Translations under genes and position numbers: made by a program
Shown: positions 57,285-64,000 of the stretch, in pieces
Layout of the letters: each line of letters opens with the position of its first letter
How positions within the stretch are numbered: position 1 is the stretch's first letter
Source of the DNA: a virus
Lineage: Duplodnaviria > Caudoviricetes
Direction: 5' to 3' (one strand)
DNA length: 64,000 nt
IMG/VR virus record: IMGVR_UViG_3300031994_000025
Location: 76,422-140,421 of that record
Notes under the pieces: model-generated
Database searches by the model: none
What the model saw: the letters and a program-made list of their open reading frames with translations, nothing else
What the model was told of the DNA's origin: nothing

Positions 57285-58433
57285 ATGATAGCCTACAAGT
57301 ACAAGCTCTACCGAACCAAGCAGACCAAGCGCCTCGACGCGATGCTGCGCGAGGCCTGCTGGGTGTGGAATCATGCGCTGGCCCTGCAGAAGCGGTACTA
57401 CCGTATGTACGGTGGTTACATCGACGTGGTACGGATGCAGAAGAAGTGGGTGCAGTGGTTCGGCAAAAGCAGCCGCCATCACTCGCAGACGGTGCAGGAG
57501 GTGCTGCAGCGGCTCGACAAGTCGTACCAGCGTTTCTTCCAGCACATCCAGGCGCGACCGCCCAAGTTCAAGAAGGCCGACGACTTCAAGTCGTTTGTGT
57601 TCAAGCAGGGAGGCTACTCGCTGAACGGCAACGTGCTCACCATCAACAAAATCAAGAAGCGCTACAAGTTCTCGCTCTCCCGTCCGTATGTCGGTGTGGG
57701 AGCCATCAAGAACGTAGCCGTCAAGCGCACACCACTTGGGGAATACTTCATGTACCTCTTCATCGAGGCCAAGCCCGAACCCGTCGGAAAGACACATAAT
57801 GGTGCATCCGTCGGCATCGACTTCGGCCTGAAGACTTACATGACGCTCTCCAACGGCGAGCGCATACAGTCGCCCCGCTATCTGAAGCAGGCCCTCGGCG
57901 CGAAGCGTACCGCCGACCGCCGCCTGTCTCGCAAGCAGGATGGCAGCAATCACCGACGCGCCGCACGGCTGACGAAGAACCGCGTGGAGGAACTCATCAC
58001 CAACCGCCGCGACAACTGGCAGTGGCAGCTGGCGCACGACCTCTGCCGGCGCTTCGACACCATCTGCATCGAGGACTTGCAGCTCACGGGCATGACCTCG
58101 CTATGGGGTCGGAAGATGCAGGATCTCGCCCACGGCAAGTTCGTCCGCAAGCTGGAGTATCTTGCAGTGAAGTATGGTGTGAAGGTGCAGAAGGTTGACC
58201 GCTTCTTCCCTTCGTCTAAGCTGTGCGACTGTGGTCATGTTCATAAAGATTTGTCATTGCATGATAGGGAGTGGACTTGTCCTGTGTGTCATCGCCACCA
58301 CGACCGCGACCTGCATGCTGCTAACAACATTCTGAGGCAGGGCATTGCCTCGTTGGGGAGTCCTGGTAAGACGCGGGAGCCTGGAAAGGTAACCGTGCGG
58401 GGGCGTAAGCACCCAAGAATTCCTCGGCTTTAG
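57285..58433 (+). CDS. tnpB: RNA-guided endonuclease TnpB
   Basis: AYKYKLY N-terminus; RuvC motifs GIDFG, IEDL and DRD; Zn finger CDCG...CPVC. Confidence 0.92.
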   Translation: MIAYKYKLYRTKQTKRLDAMLREACWVWNHALALQKRYYRMYGGYIDVVRMQKKWVQWFGKSSRHHSQTVQEVLQRLDKSYQRFFQHIQARPPKFKKADDFKSFVFKQGGYSLNGNVLTINKIKKRYKFSLSRPYVGVGAIKNVAVKRTPLGEYFMYLFIEAKPEPVGKTHNGASVGIDFGLKTYMTLSNGERIQSPRYLKQALGAKRTADRRLSRKQDGSNHRRAARLTKNRVEELITNRRDNWQWQLAHDLCRRFDTICIEDLQLTGMTSLWGRKMQDLAHGKFVRKLEYLAVKYGVKVQKVDRFFPSSKLCDCGHVHKDLSLHDREWTCPVCHRHHDRDLHAANNILRQGIASLGSPGKTREPGKVTVRGRKHPRIPRL

Positions 58434-58640
58434 CCGTGGGAGTATGTCAAGGATTTTGTAAAGGCCGCTCCAACTGATACCCATCGCCGCCATCAGTTCT
58501 TTGGTACTGGTGACGGGATAGTACGTGCGTACCCATTCCTCCTGCTCGGCTGTCAGGTCCACCTCCGCGATGACGCGCCGCGTCTCTCGCTTCACTTCGC
58601 CGGGGAACTTGGGCGGTATCGGCTTCGTCCTTGGCATCGC

Positions 58641-58901
58641 TCAGTCTTCCGCTTCCTTTCCGTCGCCCCACACGAGCAGGTTGTTCTCGCCGTCGTCACC
58701 GCAGAAGAAGCGACGGCCTTGTGAGAAGTGCTGCTGGCAGAGGAACTTCACGTTTACAATATCCCTTGCTCCGGAGTAGCCGTAGTCCTGCCGGTCGAGT
58801 TCATCATTGACGAGTTGTGCCGCCTGGTCGAAGGAACCAGCGACGACGTAGAAGTCGCCCAGCCCCCGCGTCGTTACAATAAACAGTTTCTTTTCGCTCA
58901 T
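58641..58901 (-). CDS. Hypothetical protein
   Basis: ORF coupled to the interrupted gene. Confidence 0.65.
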   Translation of the reverse strand: MSEKKLFIVTTRGLGDFYVVAGSFDQAAQLVNDELDRQDYGYSGARDIVNVKFLCQQHFSQGRRFFCGDDGENNLLVWGDGKEAED

Positions 58902-58925
58902 AATTCCTGATATTTATTTGGTGAA

Positions 58926-59081
58926 TTATTCAATGTTGTAACTGTCAAGCCCTCCGAAGTTGTTGACGTAGTATGTTGTCAGATTACCGCTGTTGCTGTC
59001 CTTCACCGTTATGCTCATGGCGACAATCTCGCTGTCTCTGTTCTCCAGTTCGAGAATCTTGTATAAGCCTTCTACTTCCAT
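58926..59081 (-). CDS. Hypothetical protein, 51 aa (not in ORF track)
   Basis: MEVEGLYKILELENRDSEIVAM...; fills the gap. Confidence 0.45.
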   Translation of the reverse strand: MEVEGLYKILELENRDSEIVAMSITVKDSNSGNLTTYYVNNFGGLDSYNIE

Positions 59082-59113
59082 AGGTTAAAAATTCGTTTAT
59101 TACGTTTAATTTT

Positions 59114-59632
59114 TCACTCTTCATTTTCTGGTGACAACTGCCTCACAAGCACTTCGGCCAAGCAGTGCTGCCAGCGTGTTTTGAGTTCGCCGCCCATACG
59201 CTCCACGGTGTCGATGCGCTTGTAGAGTTCTACCTCCATTTGCTGCAGCGAGCCCTTGCCCTCCATCGGCAGGTCGCGCTTCTTCAACTCCTGCTCACAC
59301 CAGGCGAGAAACCGCATCGTGCGCAGCGTCGCCTGGTCGCGTGCCTGTCGCTCCCGCTCCGCCATCTGGTCTGCCACCCGCTGGTAATACTCGACCGTCA
59401 ACGCCTTGGGCTTCTCGTCGGACTTGGCCTTGTTCTCGTCCTTCGGAGCGGTCGCGTGGTTTGTCATCATCTCCAGTAGCGCCTGTGCTGCCAGTTCAGC
59501 ATCGTCGGGCTCCGGCGTAAGCGGTGCCTGCGTCACTCCCTCTATGCGCAACGGCTGCGGAGTCTGCATCTCCTGCTGCTGTGCCTCGTCCTTGCGACGG
59601 CGGCTGAATAGTCGTTTGATCCACTTTGTCAT
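59114..59632 (-). CDS. Hypothetical protein
   Basis: ATG at 59632, behind TGCCCTTG-N20-TATCTTG (59650-59684). Confidence 0.7.
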   Translation of the reverse strand: MTKWIKRLFSRRRKDEAQQQEMQTPQPLRIEGVTQAPLTPEPDDAELAAQALLEMMTNHATAPKDENKAKSDEKPKALTVEYYQRVADQMAERERQARDQATLRTMRFLAWCEQELKKRDLPMEGKGSLQQMEVELYKRIDTVERMGGELKTRWQHCLAEVLVRQLSPENEE

Positions 59633-59777
59633 AGTCTTCGTTTTTTCGTCAAGATAGCGCATGACGGAGATGATTACAAGGGCAGTGCGGGGCGAGTGCA
59701 GAGCGTCGCCATGCTTGCATGAGCGACCTATATCGAGCCGAAGCCTGCGTTCAACTGGAGGTTAAAGGCAGACGGGA

Positions 59778-60641
59778 TTAAGTAAACTGCCAACTTTTGT
59801 CCACATCCACCACGGCGACGTTCTTTGGGATTTCCACGCCTTCGGCATTGCGCCAGTCGCGGTAGGAGTTGGTGAAGGTCACTTGGTCGTAGTTGTCGGC
59901 GAGGATCTTGATACCACGGGGATTCACCATGTGGGTGACGAAGATACGCCGCTGACGGTCGGGATAGTGATTGCGCAACAGCTCGGCTATGGCTGCAAAA
60001 GTTCCGCCACCGTCGCAAAGGTCGTCGATGACGAGGAACTGCGCCTGCGGATATTTCTCCGTGACGCGGCTGATAACCTCGTCGGCATCGTCATTCAGTT
60101 CGAGCGAGAGGATTTTACCCGTGGCGAGGTCGCGCTTCTTGTGGGCTACGATTTTCGGGTGGGCGTCTCGGCTGTAACGCTCGGCGGCTCCAGCGTCGGG
60201 GTGCACGATGATGTCGCTGTCCCACACCAGTCCGGGCTTCAGGTTGATGCCGCAGCGGGCACGGCAGTTGTGTATCTCCAGGTCGGTGCGGTCGCTGTGC
60301 GGCTCCAGTACCTGCACCCTCCGCGCTCCGAGGCGGTTGATGGTGTCGGCCACGATGCGCAGCGAGAAGGCTTCTCCGTAGCTGATGACACGATCCATGC
60401 GCATCGACATGAGGTAGAAGATGTCGAGCGTCCATACAATCGACTGGCGGTTGAGCACGTCGGCCACCTGCATCAGCAGGAACAGGTCGGCGGGCGAGGC
60501 GATGCGGCAGCGCACCAGTACCTCGCTCTTGCGGTCGAACTCGTCTATCCAGATGTGCGGCTCGCCGTCGTTGAAGGTCATTGTGCGGTAGCCGATGTCG
60601 CTGCGGTCACTGTGCAGCAGGTTTAATGTCAGTTGCTTCAT
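59778..60641 (-). CDS. prs: Ribose-phosphate pyrophosphokinase-like protein (probable Adps, ADPR-PP synthetase)
   Basis: FNDGE, RMDR, HPDAGA, KKRD and VIDDLCDGGGTF (PRTase motif). Confidence 0.85.
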   Translation of the reverse strand: MKQLTLNLLHSDRSDIGYRTMTFNDGEPHIWIDEFDRKSEVLVRCRIASPADLFLLMQVADVLNRQSIVWTLDIFYLMSMRMDRVISYGEAFSLRIVADTINRLGARRVQVLEPHSDRTDLEIHNCRARCGINLKPGLVWDSDIIVHPDAGAAERYSRDAHPKIVAHKKRDLATGKILSLELNDDADEVISRVTEKYPQAQFLVIDDLCDGGGTFAAIAELLRNHYPDRQRRIFVTHMVNPRGIKILADNYDQVTFTNSYRDWRNAEGVEIPKNVAVVDVDKSWQFT

Positions 60642-61035
60642 TTTCTTGTTCTTTGATTATTGCGTTTAATATCTCGCAGGCTTCGTTCATTCCTGCGCGG
60701 TCGTCTATCAGAATGTTGTAGTAGGGCTTGCGGCATCCGTGGCATACCACGGGGTTCTCGTTCACGTAGTCGATGCGGATGCCGAAGCTCCGACAGTAGT
60801 AGCGGATGAACGCCAGCTTCTCTTCGTCCTCGTTCGACGTCAGGAGTATCATCTTGTGCCCCATCTCTGAGCATCGGCGCAGCAGCGTGATAACCCCGCT
60901 GTAGTCGAAGCCCTGATTATGATAGTCGAAGATGGTGTTGTCGAAGTCGAAGGCGACAAACAGAGAGCCGTGCGCAGCCACTTCGCTGCGCAGGCGCTCC
61001 ACTTGTTGTTCCTTGTTATAGGGCAGTCGCATCAT
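60607..61035 (-). CDS. HAD-superfamily phosphatase-like protein
   Basis: AFDFDNT, LLTS and KPYYNILIDDRAG. Confidence 0.8.
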   Translation of the reverse strand: MMRLPYNKEQQVERLRSEVAAHGSLFVAFDFDNTIFDYHNQGFDYSGVITLLRRCSEMGHKMILLTSNEDEEKLAFIRYYCRSFGIRIDYVNENPVVCHGCRKPYYNILIDDRAGMNEACEILNAIIKEQENEATDIKPAAQ

Positions 61036-61310
61036 TTCCTTTCCCTTTTTTCACGTAACAGTTTCTCTTGTTCTTCTTTAAATCTGTCCATACACTGCTG
61101 AAATTTAGACTTCCTTTTCTTTGCCATACATATCGCATAGACGACATAGATTGCAATCGCAATGACGGCCAACACTATCGGAGCCCATATCGGGGCAGTC
61201 ACCCACCACCAACTCCAGTCTATCGTTCCCGTCAATTTCAATACAAGAAACACAATAAAGATTGCACCGCCAAGACCGATGCCACTACTTGTTACTTTTT
61301 GTTCTGCCAT
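61032..61310 (-). CDS. Small 2-TM membrane protein
   Basis: FLVLKLTGTIDWSWWWVTAPIW. Confidence 0.75.
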   Translation of the reverse strand: MAEQKVTSSGIGLGGAIFIVFLVLKLTGTIDWSWWWVTAPIWAPIVLAVIAIAIYVVYAICMAKKRKSKFQQCMDRFKEEQEKLLREKRERK

Positions 61311-61327
61311 AGTTATATATTTTTATA

Positions 61328-62875
61328 TTATTTCCAATTATATTTAAGGGAGTTCTCAATGCTCTTGTCCAGGTTCTCGCGCACCTCGGCCAGCGTCCAG
61401 TCGCGCAGCAGCCGTCCGTCCTCGAAGACGGTCACGAGACAGCCCTTCTGCTCTTCCTCGCGGCTCACGCCGTCGGTGGCGTGATAGCGGCCCTGCTCGT
61501 CGCGGTCCACGCGGATCAGTCCCTTCAGCGAGTTCTTCGTGCCGCTGTCGGTCTTGGGCTGTTTGAAGATGTCGTGCCCCTCGCCGTTGATCTGGCACCA
61601 CGTGGCCTTGATGGCGAAGCCCAGCGAGTCGCGGCTCTTGTACTGATAGGTGAACGACCCGAAGCCGAGCACGATATTGGTGGCGGCAAAACCCTTGGCC
61701 TCCAGTCGGCGGTAGATTTCCTTCTGACGGTCGAGCGTGATGGCGTCGCCGTAGATGAGTCCAACGTGCGGGTCGAGCACCTTGTAGCCGGCCTCGTTCA
61801 CCGTGCCGCCGAACATTTCCCACAGCAGTTCGTAGGTGCCGCGCTTCTCGCAGTCGGGAATCTCATGGATTTCCTGGAACGACATCTCGTCGTCGTAGTC
61901 CTTCGCGTCCCATCCGCAGATGATCTTCACGGGGTCGCCGCTGTCGGGACGGATCACCAGTCGTCCGTCGCGGGCCATAATCTCCTGCTTCAGCTGCGGA
62001 ATGATGCTGGTGATGACGTGCCAGTAGTCCCACGTGTCGCTGACGATGGAGAGGAAGCCCTGCGGATAGACCTCGGTCAGCAGTCGGCGGTAGGTGTCGA
62101 GCTCGGTGTCCTTGCCTCCAGCGCACATCACACTGTGCTCAGTGGCCGGCACCGTACCGGCTATCAACTCCTTCTCCGCGTCGGCATTGTAATATTCCTC
62201 CAGCGCACTGATGGCGGGGATGGTCTCAGAACCGTGGAAGGCCGTCATGTGACCCATGCCGCTCAGGATGGCCGCTTCCACGCCTGCCATGCCGCGCATC
62301 GAGAAGTCGTGGCACAGGAAGCCCGTGTCCTCTCCGGCAAAGCCCGTCTTCGCCGCGTGCTTCATCAGCTGCTTCTTGGCCAGGCGTGCCGACGTAGCAG
62401 ACGTGCAGGGCAGCCACAGCGTAGCCGAGAACAGCGTCTCCAGATAATTCGTCAGCCAGAAGAAGTCGGGGTGCGTGTTCTCCACCGTCAGCATCGGGCA
62501 GCGGATGGGGCACACGTCGCCCTCGGGCAGCGACTTGATGCGCACGGGCAGATAGCCCAGGTCGTGCAGTTCGGCGATGTGGTCGGTGCCCACGTTGTTC
62601 TGCGGACCGAGGAACGTATCTACGCGGCGCTTGAACTCGCTCACCACCTCGTCTTTCGGACGATGGAAGAAGTTCTCGTTCATCTGCCGTATCAGATACT
62701 CCTTGATGAGATACTGCAGGCCGAACACTACGGCACCTTCCTCCGCGCCGTTCATCCAGTGGGCCGAGCGTGGCGTCCAGTTGCTGTAAACAAATTCCGT
62801 CCCCTTGGGGTACTGGTTGCGGTGGCCCAGCTTGTAGCCATCCGTCAACAGGATTGCTTCTCTTGATTGTTTCAT
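61328..62875 (-). CDS. nadV: Nicotinamide phosphoribosyltransferase-like protein (probable Namat)
   Basis: TDGYKLGH, HDFSMRG, PATEHSVM, SIVSDTWD, VIRPDSGDP and IYGDAIT. Confidence 0.92.
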   Translation of the reverse strand: MKQSREAILLTDGYKLGHRNQYPKGTEFVYSNWTPRSAHWMNGAEEGAVVFGLQYLIKEYLIRQMNENFFHRPKDEVVSEFKRRVDTFLGPQNNVGTDHIAELHDLGYLPVRIKSLPEGDVCPIRCPMLTVENTHPDFFWLTNYLETLFSATLWLPCTSATSARLAKKQLMKHAAKTGFAGEDTGFLCHDFSMRGMAGVEAAILSGMGHMTAFHGSETIPAISALEEYYNADAEKELIAGTVPATEHSVMCAGGKDTELDTYRRLLTEVYPQGFLSIVSDTWDYWHVITSIIPQLKQEIMARDGRLVIRPDSGDPVKIICGWDAKDYDDEMSFQEIHEIPDCEKRGTYELLWEMFGGTVNEAGYKVLDPHVGLIYGDAITLDRQKEIYRRLEAKGFAATNIVLGFGSFTYQYKSRDSLGFAIKATWCQINGEGHDIFKQPKTDSGTKNSLKGLIRVDRDEQGRYHATDGVSREEEQKGCLVTVFEDGRLLRDWTLAEVRENLDKSIENSLKYNWK

Positions 62876-62912
62876 CTTTCTTTGTTTTTTTTGTTAATAC
62901 TATGTTTACTGA

Positions 62913-63761
62913 TTATCTCAGTTCCTTCATTTCCATTTCCTTCAGCATCGTGTAGCGGATGCCGTCGATGTCGGCCTGCCAGGAGTGGTGGTAGTGACCG
63001 TAGAGCCAGTGGCGCACGGGGTGGCAGTGCCTGCGCAGCCGCTCCAGCAGGGCGTCCATCACTTCGCGGTCGTGGTGCATGTCGTCGGGCAGCGTCGGGT
63101 CGTTCTCTATCAGGTACTCCAGCCATGAGGGCGGCACCACATCCTCGCACATCGAGGGGGCGACATGGGTTACTACCGTGTCCACCGTCTTGCCCTCACG
63201 GTGTAGCCGTGCCAGTGCCGAATCGTCGATATAGGGCTGTTCCAGCGGCCAGTAGTCGGCGGTAGTGAGGGCCATTCTGTGCTCGGCGATTGTCTGCATC
63301 GTGGCGGCCATGCGCTCGTCGAACATCTTGGTCCAGTCGGGCTGCAGCACACACGCGGGATGGTTGTAGCTCTCACTATTCTTCCTATCCACGCTCGTCG
63401 CCCCGCCGACGCACAGCACGCGGTGGCCTGCGGCGGTGACGGTCGAGTAGTCGTTGACGGCCACCCAGCGCTTCATGTTGATTTCCTCGCCGTCGAAGTA
63501 GGCGGGGTTGTCATGGTTGCCGCGCACGAACACCACGTGGCAGTCTGCCCGCTCCAGTTTCGGCAGCACGCGACGGTACACCTCGTCGTAGTAACCGCGC
63601 CGGTGGAAACCGAAGCCGCAGTCACCAGCCACGATCACCACCGTGTGCTCCATCTGGCACAGCGTCGTCATGCGATACACCAGTTCGTCGAACTTGCCGT
63701 GGATGTCGCCGCACACCACCAGCCCCTCGGCCTCTGGAAAATCATAGTTCATCTTTAACAT
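62913..63761 (-). CDS. Calcineurin-like metallophosphoesterase
   Basis: GDIHG, AGDCG, RGNHD, TH and GHYH. Confidence 0.88.
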   Translation of the reverse strand: MLKMNYDFPEAEGLVVCGDIHGKFDELVYRMTTLCQMEHTVVIVAGDCGFGFHRRGYYDEVYRRVLPKLERADCHVVFVRGNHDNPAYFDGEEINMKRWVAVNDYSTVTAAGHRVLCVGGATSVDRKNSESYNHPACVLQPDWTKMFDERMAATMQTIAEHRMALTTADYWPLEQPYIDDSALARLHREGKTVDTVVTHVAPSMCEDVVPPSWLEYLIENDPTLPDDMHHDREVMDALLERLRRHCHPVRHWLYGHYHHSWQADIDGIRYTMLKEMEMKELR

Positions 63762-63796
63762 ATCGCTCTATAAATAATTAAATGTGTGATTACAGA

Positions 63797-64000
63797 CTAA
63801 GAATATTGAGGCGGTTGAGCGCATCGAAGTAGGGGGCTGAACAGTTCGCGGAACTGTTCGGACATCTTGCGGTTCTCTACGTACTCCTTGACAGCTTCTC
63901 CGCGTTTCTCGTCGGGCATGTTGACAAACTCCATCAGTCGCTCTATCCATTCCTGCTGAGCGGCAACCTTTTCTTTCAGCAGGGCATTCTCGTCATTGAG
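63797..64000 (-). CDS. Hypothetical protein, 5'-truncated by the window edge
   Basis: Open frame LNDENALLKEKVAAQQEWIERL... Confidence 0.5.
   Translation of the reverse strand, partial: LNDENALLKEKVAAQQEWIERLMEFVNMPDEKRGEAVKEYVENRKMSEQFRELFSPLLRCAQPPQYS

Larger units (their letters stand above)
56987..58450 (+). mobile_element. Non-autonomous IS200/IS605-family element (tnpB only)
   Basis: Inserted 3' of TTAC, ends in TCAA, subterminal hairpins CGGCTTCAGCCG and CGGCTTTAGCCG, no target duplication, no tnpA. Confidence 0.88.
56676..58637 (-). pseudogene. 165-aa hypothetical gene interrupted by an IS200/IS605 element
   Basis: 58637-58451 joined to 56986-56676 gives 498 nt in frame (...SGLYKI|RKKYDLKK...). 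Confidence 0.8.
1..64000. mobile_element. Segment of a large tailed (siphovirus-like) phage or prophage of Bacteroidota
   Basis: Capsid, S49 protease, tape measure and tail/fibre genes, dense small hypothetical genes, Bacteroidota-type TAnnTTTG promoters, no host housekeeping operons. Confidence 0.93.

Noticed and set aside
56676-58037. 453-aa minus-strand ORF
   Set aside because: Chimera of the tnpB antisense frame and the 3' half of the IS-interrupted gene
56987-58450. IStron (self-splicing intron plus IS)
   Set aside because: The element is antisense to the host gene and no group I core was recognised
1-64000. CRISPR array, tRNA, rRNA, terminase, portal, alternative genetic code
   Set aside because: None recognised; long genes read through under the standard code and use all three stop codons

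Overview
This 64-kb window is part of a large tailed dsDNA phage or prophage of Bacteroidota, probably of a Prevotella-like host. The assignment rests on GC-rich coding DNA, TAnnTTTG promoters, AT-rich leaders without Shine-Dalgarno sequences, and DUF4494- and DUF3127-like genes. Bases 1-13.3 kb (+) hold early and accessory genes: acyl carrier protein, radical SAM protein, SSB-like protein and N6-adenine methyltransferase. At 14.1-16.4 kb a tyrosine recombinase sits next to three interchangeable fibre-tip cassettes joined by inverted CTGGGCG(C/T)AG sites, which looks like a shufflon. Tail and fibre genes run 16.4-32.8 kb (-). An uncharacterised Cys-rich operon with its own small regulator lies at 33.1-37.4 kb (+), inside the morphogenesis region. 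Bases 37.9-56.5 kb (mostly -) carry the putative tail tube, an Ig-decorated major capsid, an S49 protease-scaffold and a 3656-aa tape measure. A tnpB-only IS200/IS605 element (56987-58450) interrupts a gene at a TTAC target. Bases 59.8-63.8 kb (-) carry a PRS-like plus NAMPT-like pair (NARP1-like NAD+ reconstitution) and phosphatases. A promoter-like motif, TGCCCTTG-N19/20-nAwmwT, occurs 10 times (plus one variant) in intergenic DNA, mostly before structural genes. No terminase, portal, tRNA, rRNA, CRISPR array or reverse transcriptase was recognised. All calls come from reading motifs by eye; no database searches were run.
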